Below, piece after piece: positions 45,034-54,539 of a DNA stretch of 64,000 bases (position 1 is the first letter of the stretch; each line of letters begins with the position of its first letter). Both the position numbers and the translations under genes were made by a program. The stretch is from Bacilli bacterium (GTDB lineage: Bacteria > Bacillota_I > Bacilli_A > RF39 > UBA660): positions 1,235 through 65,234 of the forward strand of contig JAFUTV010000025.1 in the NCBI GenBank assembly GCA_017484125.1, written 5' to 3'. Under the pieces are notes generated by a model that ran no database searches, was not told the DNA's origin, and saw only the letters and a list, made by a program, of their open reading frames with translations.

Positions 45034-48000
45034 ATGCAAGCAATAAAATTCTTTGAGAGTATTGATTATGATGATAATATTGATGTTGTAATTGATAATG
45101 TTATTTTAAAAAAATCGACTGAAACTTTTATTGTTAATTTATCTGCTAATTCTTTTATTGATCCAGAAAAACTTAATTTGCTTTTTTCCTGTGCCAAAAA
45201 TGGAATTAATAAAGAAAAAAAGTGTAGTGTTACAATAAAATATAATATATCTTTAAATGATGAACAAATACTAAGTACTTTTAATTATTTATTAAATGAA
45301 TTAATTAAAGAAAATCCATCTCTTTCAAGTTTAAGTGAATCAAATATATCAATTAATAATAAAGTTATTGAACTTGAAGTGGCTACTGAAGTTGATAATA
45401 AATTAGTTAATAAAAATAAGAATTACTTAATAAATAAAATGAAAGAGTATGGAATTGATGGTGTTGAAATAGAAAATACTATCAATGAAGAAAAAAATAA
45501 TAAATTAAAAGAAGCTATTAAAAATTCTCAAGAAACTAGTATAGAACAAATAAAAAAAGAACAAGAGGATAGTCCAATATTAATCGGAAAACATGTTGAT
45601 GGAAAAGTAATAAATATTGATGAAATAATATCTGAAGAAAAGGATGTAATTATTGAGGCTTATGTATTTGGCTCTGAAGCAAAAAATATAGATAGACCTG
45701 ATAAAAAAACTAATATAATGACTTTAAAAGTATCAGATAATACTAATAGTTTATATGCTAAGTTTTTTATGAAAGAATTAGATGAGTTTAATAGTGTTGC
45801 TAAAAAAATAAAAAATGGTAATTGGTATAGAATTCATGGATTTGTATCATATGATTCTTTTGCTAAAGATTTAGTATTAACTGCTCATGATATTGAAATG
45901 ATTGACTCAAAAGAAGAAAAGATAGTTGATGATGCTACTGTTAAGAGAGTTGAACTTCACACTCATACAATGATGAGTGCTATGGATGCAGTAATTGATG
46001 CAACTAAGCTTGTTAAAACTGCATCTAAAATGGGAATGAAGGCTATTGCAGTAACAGATCATAACTGTGTACAATCTTTTCCAGATCTTTTCCATATAGT
46101 AAATGATTTAAATAAAGGAAAAGAGGGGGAAGATAGATTTAAGGTACTATATGGTGCTGAAATGAACATTGTTAATGATGATGTTGATATTATCTTTCAA
46201 AATAAAGAATATGACTTATTAGATCAAGAGTATGTTGTATTTGATACCGAAACAACTGGTTTTTATGCTGGCAAAGATCAGATGATAGAAATTGGTGCTG
46301 TAAAAATAAAAAATGGTGAAATAATTGATAGATTTGATGAATTAATTAATCCTAATAGATTACTTCCTTCAAAAATTGTTGAATTAACAGCAATAACTGA
46401 TGAAATGTTAAAAGATGCTGATAATGAAGAAAATGTTACTAAGAGATTTTTAGCATGGGCAAGTAATGATCCTATGGTAGCACATAATGCTAAGTTTGAT
46501 ATATCATTTATGAAAGCTGCATGTGAAAAATATAGTCTAGGTGAATTTACTTATACAGTACTTGATACAATGAATATCGCAAGAATGCTATATCCATCTT
46601 GGCCTAATCATAAACTTTCCACATTAGTAAAAAAATTAGAAGTACCTTGGGATGAAGATAAGCATCATCGAGGAGATTATGATGCTGAAGGTACTGCTAT
46701 TGCATTTTATAAAATGTGCAAAACATTATATGATAGAAATATTACTACAACAACTAAATTATTAGATGAAGTAGATATTGAGGCGTTAGTAAAATTTGCA
46801 AGACCATTTCATGCAACGATAATTGCTAAAAATAAAGCAGGATTAAAAAATCTATTTAAAATTATATCTATTGCTAATACAAAGTATTTATATAAAAATG
46901 AACAACCCAAGATTCCAAGAAGAGAAGTATCAAAATTAAGAGAAGGTCTTATTATTGGTTCAGCATGTATTAATAATGAAATATTTGAAAAAGCTAGTTC
47001 ATTAGAAGATGAAGAATTAGTAAACATGATGAACTTTTATGACTATATAGAAGTTCAACCAGTATCTGTTTTTTCTCATTTAGTTGGATTGAATGCCAGA
47101 TTTAAAAGTGTTGAAGAAGCTCAAAAACATTTGGAAAAAATAATAAGGGTTGCAAGTGATGCAGGAAAACTTGTAGTTGCAACAGGAGATGTTCATAACT
47201 TAACTAAAAACGATTTAATATATAGAGAAATAATAGTTAATCAAAAGTTTAATGGTAAACTTCATCCACTTAATAGAGCTGGTATGCAAATACCTAATAT
47301 GTATTTAAAAACTACTCAAGAAATGTTAGATGAATTTTCATTTTTAGGTGAAGAACAAGCTTATAAAATAGTTGTTGAAAATACAAATACTATTGCTAAT
47401 ATGTGTGAAGAAATAGAAGTAATAATTGATACTGGTGGTATTCCATTTGCACCGAAAATAGAAAATTCTAAAATGGATACAACTAATATGGTTTACAAGA
47501 AAGCTAGTGAGTGGTATGGAGAACCTTTACCATTTCATATTGAAGAAAGAATAGCTTTAGAACTTTATGGACAAGCATTTATAGATGCAGTTAAGAAAAA
47601 TATTACAACTGGTGATAAAGATGTTTATGCTCATTTACATGAAGTTGTTTTAAAAGGTCCAGAAGCAGTTCAAAATGAAATATATTTAAGTTTAAAACAA
47701 GATAATACTGATAATTTATCTGATGAAGAATTACAAAAATCTGCTGCTAAAAAAATGACTGCAATAATTGGTGCTAATTTTGATGTTATATACTTAATAG
47801 CTCAAAAGCTAGTTAAACATTCTAATGATGAAGGATTTTTGGTTGGATCAAGAGGTAGTGTAGGTTCATCTTTTGTGGCAAATCTTATGGGTATAACAGA
47901 GGTTAATTCCCTTTCACCACATTATAGATGTCCTAATTGTAAATTATCAGAATTTGAAGATGAAAATGGTGAAAGTTTAGGTAATACATATAAATGCGGA

Positions 48001-49566
48001 TTTGATTTACCAGATAGAAAGTGTCCTAAATGTAATACTTTAATGCATAAAGATGGTCATGATATACCATTTCAAACATTTTTAGGTTTTAATGCAGATA
48101 AAGTACCTGATATAGATCTTAACTTTAGTGATTTAAATCAAGCATCAGCTCATGCATATACTAAAGTATTATTTGGCGATGATAATGTATATCGTGCTGG
48201 AACAATAGGAACTGTTGCTGATAAAACTGCGTTTGGTTATGTTAAAGGTTATTTTGAAGAAAAAAATATTGCAGGAGTTAGGAACTTGGAAGTTGAACGT
48301 TTAGCAATTGGTTGTACTGGTGTTAAAAGGACAACAGGTCAACATCCAGGTGGAATAGTTGTTATTCCATCATATATGGATGTGTTTGATTTTACACCAT
48401 TTCAATATCCTGCTGAAGATCCTGACAGTGCATGGAGAACAACTCACTTTGATTACCATGCAATTGATCAAGATGTATTAAAATTAGATATTTTAGGACA
48501 TACAGATCCAACTCAACTTAGAATGATTCAAGAATTAACAGGAGATGACATTACAAAAGTGCCACTTGATGATAAAGAAACGATGTCAATTTTTACAAGC
48601 ACCAAAGCACTTGGAGTAACAAATGAACAAATAATGTGTGATACAGGTACTCTTGGCGTTCCAGAATTTGGTACACCATTTACAATTCAACTTGTAAAGG
48701 ACACTAAGCCAACAACATTTGCAGAACTTGTTAAAATATCAGGACTTGCACATGGAACAGATGTATGGCTTGGAAATGCCAAAGATTTATGTACAGAAGA
48801 TGAACATGGAAAAATTAAAGTACCATTTGCTAAAGTAATTGGATGTCGTGATGATATTATGGTAGAACTTATGTATAGAGGTCTTGAACCATTTAAAGCA
48901 TTTAAAATAATGGAATTTGTTAGAAAAGGCAAGGCATCAAAAGATCCTGCAACATGGGCTGATTTTAAGAAACAAATGATAGATGCAAAAATACCAGAGT
49001 GGTTTATAGATTCATGTCAAAAAATAAAGTACATGTTTCCTAAAGCTCATGCAGCAGCTTATGTTACATCAGCATTTCGTATAGCATGGTATAAAGTTCA
49101 TAAACCAATAATTTATTATGCAACATATTTTTCAACAAGATTTGATGATTTTGATATAGTTGCAATGACTAGAGGATATGATGGAATAAAAGCTAAAATG
49201 CAGGAGATAATTGCTAAAGGTTTTGATGCAACTAATAAAGAAAAATCTTTACTTGAAACATTAAAACTATCTTTAGAAGCGACTGCAAGAGGATTTAAAT
49301 TTGCAACAATAGATATAAATAAGTCAGATGGTAAAAACTTTATAATAGGTGAAGATAATAAAACACTTATATGTCCATTTAGAGCACTAGATGGATTGGG
49401 AGATGAAGTATCTAAAAAAATAGTTGAAGCAAGATTAGAACGTCCATTTATTAGTGTTGAAGATTTACAAATTAGAGGAAAGGTTAGTTCTTCAACTTGT
49501 GATAAATTAAAAGAATTGGGAGTTTTAGATGGACTTCCTGAAACATCTCAATTAAGTTTATTTTAA
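45034..49566 (+). CDS. polC: DNA polymerase III PolC-type (with 3'-5' exonuclease)
   Basis: The PHP motif ELHTHTMMSAMD and the exonuclease motifs VVFDTETTG, AHNAKFD and HRGDYDA are present. So are the Zn module CPNC...CPKC, GSRGSVGSSFVA, PDIDLNF and KAHAAAY. Confidence 0.97.
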   Translation: MQAIKFFESIDYDDNIDVVIDNVILKKSTETFIVNLSANSFIDPEKLNLLFSCAKNGINKEKKCSVTIKYNISLNDEQILSTFNYLLNELIKENPSLSSLSESNISINNKVIELEVATEVDNKLVNKNKNYLINKMKEYGIDGVEIENTINEEKNNKLKEAIKNSQETSIEQIKKEQEDSPILIGKHVDGKVINIDEIISEEKDVIIEAYVFGSEAKNIDRPDKKTNIMTLKVSDNTNSLYAKFFMKELDEFNSVAKKIKNGNWYRIHGFVSYDSFAKDLVLTAHDIEMIDSKEEKIVDDATVKRVELHTHTMMSAMDAVIDATKLVKTASKMGMKAIAVTDHNCVQSFPDLFHIVNDLNKGKEGEDRFKVLYGAEMNIVNDDVDIIFQNKEYDLLDQEYVVFDTETTGFYAGKDQMIEIGAVKIKNGEIIDRFDELINPNRLLPSKIVELTAITDEMLKDADNEENVTKRFLAWASNDPMVAHNAKFDISFMKAACEKYSLGEFTYTVLDTMNIARMLYPSWPNHKLSTLVKKLEVPWDEDKHHRGDYDAEGTAIAFYKMCKTLYDRNITTTTKLLDEVDIEALVKFARPFHATIIAKNKAGLKNLFKIISIANTKYLYKNEQPKIPRREVSKLREGLIIGSACINNEIFEKASSLEDEELVNMMNFYDYIEVQPVSVFSHLVGLNARFKSVEEAQKHLEKIIRVASDAGKLVVATGDVHNLTKNDLIYREIIVNQKFNGKLHPLNRAGMQIPNMYLKTTQEMLDEFSFLGEEQAYKIVVENTNTIANMCEEIEVIIDTGGIPFAPKIENSKMDTTNMVYKKASEWYGEPLPFHIEERIALELYGQAFIDAVKKNITTGDKDVYAHLHEVVLKGPEAVQNEIYLSLKQDNTDNLSDEELQKSAAKKMTAIIGANFDVIYLIAQKLVKHSNDEGFLVGSRGSVGSSFVANLMGITEVNSLSPHYRCPNCKLSEFEDENGESLGNTYKCGFDLPDRKCPKCNTLMHKDGHDIPFQTFLGFNADKVPDIDLNFSDLNQASAHAYTKVLFGDDNVYRAGTIGTVADKTAFGYVKGYFEEKNIAGVRNLEVERLAIGCTGVKRTTGQHPGGIVVIPSYMDVFDFTPFQYPAEDPDSAWRTTHFDYHAIDQDVLKLDILGHTDPTQLRMIQELTGDDITKVPLDDKETMSIFTSTKALGVTNEQIMCDTGTLGVPEFGTPFTIQLVKDTKPTTFAELVKISGLAHGTDVWLGNAKDLCTEDEHGKIKVPFAKVIGCRDDIMVELMYRGLEPFKAFKIMEFVRKGKASKDPATWADFKKQMIDAKIPEWFIDSCQKIKYMFPKAHAAAYVTSAFRIAWYKVHKPIIYYATYFSTRFDDFDIVAMTRGYDGIKAKMQEIIAKGFDATNKEKSLLETLKLSLEATARGFKFATIDINKSDGKNFIIGEDNKTLICPFRALDGLGDEVSKKIVEARLERPFISVEDLQIRGKVSSSTCDKLKELGVLDGLPETSQLSLF

Positions 49567-49590
49567 AAAATAATTGTAAATTTACAAAAA

Positions 49591-49619
49591 TTGACAATCT
49601 ACATCTTATTTATTATAAT
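49591..49619 (+). promoter_or_regulatory. Consensus sigma-A promoter for the downstream ABC gene
   Basis: TTGACA (49591-49596), a 17-nt spacer and TATAAT (49614-49619). The palindrome TTGTAAATTTACAA (49574-49587) lies immediately upstream. Confidence 0.55.
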
Positions 49620-49646
49620 TATTTTAATTAAAAAGGGTTGGTGTAA

Positions 49647-51377
49647 ATGAAAACTAATATTAAAAATATTAAGACTGTTTTAAGATATTTTAAAGAGTAT
49701 AAGTTTAAAATATTATTATATTCTCTTATATTAATTATTATTATTATATCATCATCTATATTTGGATATTTAATGGGTAGAGCTATTGAAGAAGTAACAA
49801 AAGGCAATATTAATTATTCAATTTTATTATTAATTATTAACTTAGTTATTGAAATTGTATCTAATGTAACAATAAATATTATTTATTACTTTTTTAATAA
49901 AATACAATGTATTATATCTAGAAAAATAGGATATGATGTATATATTAAAACCCTTAAACTTCCTGCGGTAGCCTTTGAAGAAATGACATCTGGTGAAATA
50001 GTAAATCGTGTAACAAATGATACAGAAGCAATAGTAGGTAGTGCTCAACAATTAATTGAAATATTTGCAAGAATTATTAGTTCTGCAATTATACTAGTTT
50101 ATATATTCTTTAATTCTTATATAATAGGGTTAGAAATAGTAATGTTTTTAATTTTATATTCATTTGTTGTAAAACATTATACTAAATCTATTAAAGAATT
50201 AGGTGAAATAACAAAAAAATATAATGATAAATTTACATCTCTTACTACTGAATCAATTAGAGGGGTTAGAGAAATTAAAACATTGGGAATTATTAATAAT
50301 CTAAGTAAAAAAATGAATGTTATAGTTGATAGTTTAACTAAATCAACAATTAATGAAACAAAAGAAAGAACTGATTATGATAATTTTGCAATTGTTATGT
50401 GTTCATTATTAGAGGTTGGAGTTTTTATTACTTGTGCTATTTTACTTGGAAGTGGTAATGTATCCTTAACATTTTTTATAGCATTAACTTATTATATTTA
50501 TAGATATACTTGGATTATAGATTCATTAACTAATTTTTCTAAAAGTATGTCTAAAATGTTAGTTTCATTTAATAGAATTGCAGATATTATAAATAATAAA
50601 TTATATGATGATGTTAAATATGGAAATATTACATTAAATAAAATAAAAGGTGTTATTGAATTTAAAGATGTTACTTTTAGTTATCCTAACGAAGGAATTA
50701 CATTAGATAAACTTAATGTAAAGTTTGAACCAAATAAAAAGATTGCTATTGTTGGTGCTTCTGGAGAAGGTAAGACAACTATATTTAATTTATTAACTAG
50801 AATATTTGATAATAAAGAAGGAGAAATATTAATAGATAATGTAAATATTAAAGATTTAACTGAAGAATCTTTAAGAAAGAATATTTCTATTATTAGACAG
50901 GAACCTTTTATCTTTAACTTATCAATAAAAGATAACTTTAAAATATTAGATGAAAGAATAACTTTAAAAGAAATAAGAAAATATTGTTCTTTAGCTTCAA
51001 TTGATGATTATATAATGTCTTTGCCAAAAAAATATGATACTATTTTAGGAGAAGGTGGAGTAAATCTATCTGGTGGACAAAAACAAAGAATTGCTATTGC
51101 TAGAACATTATTAAAAAAATCTAAAATAATATTAATGGATGAAGCAACTTCTTCACTTGACAATGTTTCTCAAAGTATTATTAAAAAAACAATTAATGAA
51201 CTTGCAAAAGATCATACTGTTTTAATTGTTGCTCATCGTTTATCAACAATTATAGATTCTGATATTATTTATGTAGTAGAACATGGAAAAATTATAGATT
51301 TTGGAACTCATAAAGAGTTAATGAAATCTTGTAAATTCTATCAAAAACTACATACTATTGAAGATAAGATAGTGTAA
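49647..51377 (+). CDS. ABC exporter, fused permease/ATPase (homodimer type)
   Basis: It has six TM helices. Walker A GASGEGKTT, signature LSGGQKQRIAIART and Walker B ILMDEATSSLD are present. Confidence 0.9.
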   Translation: MKTNIKNIKTVLRYFKEYKFKILLYSLILIIIIISSSIFGYLMGRAIEEVTKGNINYSILLLIINLVIEIVSNVTINIIYYFFNKIQCIISRKIGYDVYIKTLKLPAVAFEEMTSGEIVNRVTNDTEAIVGSAQQLIEIFARIISSAIILVYIFFNSYIIGLEIVMFLILYSFVVKHYTKSIKELGEITKKYNDKFTSLTTESIRGVREIKTLGIINNLSKKMNVIVDSLTKSTINETKERTDYDNFAIVMCSLLEVGVFITCAILLGSGNVSLTFFIALTYYIYRYTWIIDSLTNFSKSMSKMLVSFNRIADIINNKLYDDVKYGNITLNKIKGVIEFKDVTFSYPNEGITLDKLNVKFEPNKKIAIVGASGEGKTTIFNLLTRIFDNKEGEILIDNVNIKDLTEESLRKNISIIRQEPFIFNLSIKDNFKILDERITLKEIRKYCSLASIDDYIMSLPKKYDTILGEGGVNLSGGQKQRIAIARTLLKKSKIILMDEATSSLDNVSQSIIKKTINELAKDHTVLIVAHRLSTIIDSDIIYVVEHGKIIDFGTHKELMKSCKFYQKLHTIEDKIV

Positions 51378-51405
51378 AGAGGTATTGTTTTTAATACTTC
51401 TTTTT
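51377..51405 (+). terminator. Intrinsic terminator
   Basis: AAGAGGTATT/AATACTTCTT stem (one G-U pair) with a 6-nt loop and a T-run. Confidence 0.65.
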
Positions 51406-51449
51406 ATAATTATGTTATAATTAAAATAATATAAGGAGTTGTGTTTAGT

Positions 51450-52526
51450 ATGAAAAAAAATGTCTTAATTACTCTTTTAATAATATTGGTTGTTAGTTTA
51501 TCTAGTTATTTAATATATGATAAAGTAATAGTTAATAATGGTAACAAACAAGAACAAAAAGAAAATAGTAATGAAAATCAAAACATTGATAATCAAAGTG
51601 ATGAAAATAATAAGCCTAAAAATGATGATAAAGTAGTTTATGTTGAAACAGAAAATCAAATACTTAAATTAAAAGTAATGGAATTCATAAATAATAATGA
51701 CAAGGAAGTATTATTATCTGGAATAAATAATTATGGTATGAAAATAAAAGTGTTTAACAATAAATTATATTATTTTGAAAAAGATAAAAAGATTTATTCT
51801 TATGATTTAGAGACTAAAGAAAAAAAGAAATTGAATGTTGATTTAGCAAATACTGTTTTAACTTCATTTGAAGTCGGGGATAAATATATAATGTTTTATG
51901 ATGGTTATAAAACATTAAAATATGATATTAGTAATGATAATTATCAAAAGATAAATATTAATTGTCATAATTATTTGATTTATTATGATTATAAGAATGA
52001 TATTTATTATTATACAAATAAAAATAATAATTTAATGAAGTATAATTTAAATACAAATACTGAGGAACTATTTTCTGTAGATAGTAGGATAGTTTCATAT
52101 ACTAATAATTATTTAGTAATTGAAAAAGGAGATTTAGTTTATTTATATAATCTAAATACAAGTGAGTATATAGAATTAAAAAATATTAATATTAGTGCTG
52201 GAATTTATGATGAAATTGTATTTGAATATGATAATAATATGTATTATTTAACTAAGGACAATAAGATTAATCTTGTTAATAAAGATGAATCGAAATCTAT
52301 ATATGAAATGGATGAAGAGGCTTTAGTAAACATTAGACAATTTGATAAGTATTTATTAATTGATAAGAATTATTTTGATGAATCTGCATCTTTTGATTTA
52401 CTAAACGTAGATGAATCAAAAGAAGAATTTATTATTTATGATTTGAGTACCAAAAAAGAAATGAAAATAGATAAAGAAAAGGGAAAAACATTATTTAATA
52501 TTGAGGGATATACTATTACTTATTAA
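51450..52526 (+). CDS. Membrane-anchored hypothetical protein (Asn/Tyr/Lys-rich, possibly a beta-propeller-like repeat fold)
   Basis: ATG 51450 follows AAGGAG, and the protein has an N-terminal TM helix. YYY/KY-type blade-like segments recur. No family was recognised with confidence. Confidence 0.55.
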   Translation: MKKNVLITLLIILVVSLSSYLIYDKVIVNNGNKQEQKENSNENQNIDNQSDENNKPKNDDKVVYVETENQILKLKVMEFINNNDKEVLLSGINNYGMKIKVFNNKLYYFEKDKKIYSYDLETKEKKKLNVDLANTVLTSFEVGDKYIMFYDGYKTLKYDISNDNYQKININCHNYLIYYDYKNDIYYYTNKNNNLMKYNLNTNTEELFSVDSRIVSYTNNYLVIEKGDLVYLYNLNTSEYIELKNINISAGIYDEIVFEYDNNMYYLTKDNKINLVNKDESKSIYEMDEEALVNIRQFDKYLLIDKNYFDESASFDLLNVDESKEEFIIYDLSTKKEMKIDKEKGKTLFNIEGYTITY

Positions 52527-52560
52527 AAAATATACCTATTTTTGAATAGGTATATTTTTT
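52525..52560. terminator. Bidirectional terminator between convergent genes
   Basis: Perfect 15-bp stem AAAAAATATACCTAT/ATAGGTATATTTTTT with a 6-nt loop. The last codons of the minus-strand gene lie inside it. Confidence 0.8.
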
Positions 52561-53612
52561 AGTTCAAATTGATAAGTATTAGTATTTGCTAATAAATCAT
52601 ATATTAAGCAAGCGTTTAATTCAAAGTTTTTAATAAACTTATCTTCTTTATCTTTCAATTTTAATTTATTTAAATATTCTTGACCAGTGTTATTAAATCC
52701 AAGAATTTTAATATGATTATACTCTTTATTATTTTCTTTTTTAAATCCAAGTAATATGTGAAGTAACATTCTACTTATTTTGTTGTAAGAATATCTTTTT
52801 GTTTTAATATGTTCAATAAAATCGATTAATGTATTGCTTTCTTTAATAAATTTTATAAGTCTATTTTCTATTCCTTCATCTACATCAACATATTCATTTA
52901 AATGACTATCTGTTAATATTTTTATCTTTATTATATTAAAATATAATTCATAATCGATAGTATTTATTTTTTTAATGGGGCAATATTTAGATATGTCCAT
53001 TTTTTTTAAATATTTATTTCTGATATTTTCAGCACTAATTATTTTATTATTAGAAGATAAATCGTGATAATTATTTGTTCTTAAAATACTTATTGGTTCT
53101 ATTTTTTTATTAATACTATTTATGGCCTTAATATAAGAGATTCCCAGTAAATCATTAGGTAAATATTCAAAATCTAAATTCAAGACATTTTTTAAGGCGT
53201 TTGGAAAGCTTATTCCTTTATTCATTTCTTTACTTACTTTTTCATCAAATAACTTATCTTCTTGCATTAGAGCAATTTGTTTTAATTTTTCTATATCATT
53301 TGATTCACTACCAAATACTAATTTTGTTATTTTTAATTTATTTAATATTTTAATTGCTTGATAAGCAAATATATCTGCACTTTGACTAGCATAAATAGTT
53401 GGAAGTTCCACGACTAAATCAACACCATGATTTAATGATAGTTCAGTCTTTTCTTTTTTGGATAAAGTGCTTATTTCACCTCGTTGAGTAAATAATCCAC
53501 TTAATATAACAATAATTATTGATTCTTTAAACATTTCTTTTATTTTTTTAATTTGATAAATATGTCCATTATGAAAAGGATTATATTCACATACTATTCC
53601 AATTACTTCCAT
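52536..53612 (-). CDS. tmcAL: tRNA(Met) cytidine acetate ligase (TmcAL; YlbM/UPF0348 nucleotidyltransferase)
   Basis: The start is trimmed to ATG 53612 (MEVIGIVCEYNPFHNGHIYQIKK), behind AGGTGAAAG. The (V/C)EYNPFHNGH motif is diagnostic. It is adjacent to yceD-rpmF, the ylbM-ylbN-rpmF neighbourhood I recall from Bacillus. Confidence 0.85.
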   Translation of the reverse strand: MEVIGIVCEYNPFHNGHIYQIKKIKEMFKESIIIVILSGLFTQRGEISTLSKKEKTELSLNHGVDLVVELPTIYASQSADIFAYQAIKILNKLKITKLVFGSESNDIEKLKQIALMQEDKLFDEKVSKEMNKGISFPNALKNVLNLDFEYLPNDLLGISYIKAINSINKKIEPISILRTNNYHDLSSNNKIISAENIRNKYLKKMDISKYCPIKKINTIDYELYFNIIKIKILTDSHLNEYVDVDEGIENRLIKFIKESNTLIDFIEHIKTKRYSYNKISRMLLHILLGFKKENNKEYNHIKILGFNNTGQEYLNKLKLKDKEDKFIKNFELNACLIYDLLANTNTYQFELKNIPIQK

Positions 53613-53709
53613 ATCTTTCACCTGATTTGTATTATACAAAATTAGTCTAAATTTATCAATATATTGCAATAATTTTAAATTATGATAAAATTATTAGCAG
53701 GTGAAAGAT

Positions 53710-54190
53710 ATGTTTATAAACTTAAATACAATTAATGAAAAGGGAATAATAATAGATCAAGAAGTAATTTTTGAAAGTAAATACTATGAAAATACTATTA
53801 TTAAAGGTTTAGAGAATATTTATGTAACTGGTAAAATATATTATAGTAGTACTAAAGAAGTAATATTTGAAGGAAATATAAAAGGTAACATGTTGCTTAT
53901 TGATAGCAATACTAATGAAATAGTTTCTTATCCATTTACATCAGAAATTAATGAAATTTTAGAAGATGATGAAAAAAAAAGTGGAAAATTTGGGCAAAAA
54001 TACACAAAATAGTCTTGACCTAAAAGAGATTTTATGGCAAAATATTGTATTGGAAGTTCCACTAGCTTTTAGTGAGATAACTAAACCCTTATGTACAAAA
54101 GGGGATGGATGGGAACTAAAAAGTGAAGAAGATATAGTTGATCCTAGACTACAAGGGTTTAGAGATTTACTTGATAAAGAAAAGGAGTGA
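53710..54190 (+). pseudogene. yceD: YceD/YlbN (DUF177) 23S rRNA accumulation protein, interrupted by a +1 frameshift in an A9 run
   Basis: The two track ORFs (53701..54012 and 53966..54190) are the N- and C-halves of one DUF177 protein. Deleting one A from the 53972-53980 run gives ...EILEDDEKKVENLGKNTQNSLDLKEILWQNIVLEVPLAF...DPRLQGFRDLL, which matches the Bacillus YlbN layout. Confidence 0.75.
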
Positions 54191-54196
54191 TATTTT

Positions 54197-54481
54197 ATGG
54201 CAGTACCTGCAAGAAGAACTAGTATTACAAAGAAAAGAATGCGTCGTACTCATTTAAAGAAAGAAGCTAGAACTACAGTAAGTTGTCCTAATTGTGGTGA
54301 ACCAATTCAACCTCATAGAGCTTGTGTTAAATGTGGTTTCTATAAGGGCAAAAATGTTTTAAATAGAGAAGACGAAACAACTGTAAAAGAAGAAGTAAAA
54401 GAAACAAAAAAAGCCGAAAAGAAAACAGCAACTAAAAAGACTTCTGCAAAAAAAGAAACTAATTCAAAAGAAACTAAGTAA
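54197..54481 (+). CDS. rpmF: 50S ribosomal protein L32 with a ~35-aa Lys/Glu/Thr-rich C-terminal extension
   Basis: MAVPARRTS..K..MRR.H and the zinc ribbon CPNCGE...H..C..CG.YKG form the L32 core (~57 aa). The gene encodes 94 aa. Confidence 0.93.
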   Translation: MAVPARRTSITKKRMRRTHLKKEARTTVSCPNCGEPIQPHRACVKCGFYKGKNVLNREDETTVKEEVKETKKAEKKTATKKTSAKKETNSKETK

Positions 54482-54497
54482 AGTGGTTTCTTTTTAT

Positions 54498-54526
54498 TTG
54501 TTTTTTTACTTATTATTTGTTATAAT
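54498..54526 (+). promoter_or_regulatory. Candidate sigma-A promoter for the T4SS-like operon
   Basis: TTGTTT (54498-54503), a 17-nt spacer containing TGt, then TATAAT (54521-54526). It is preceded by a weak hairpin/T-run after rpmF (54466-54500). Confidence 0.45.
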
Positions 54527-54539
54527 TTATATATAGTAG

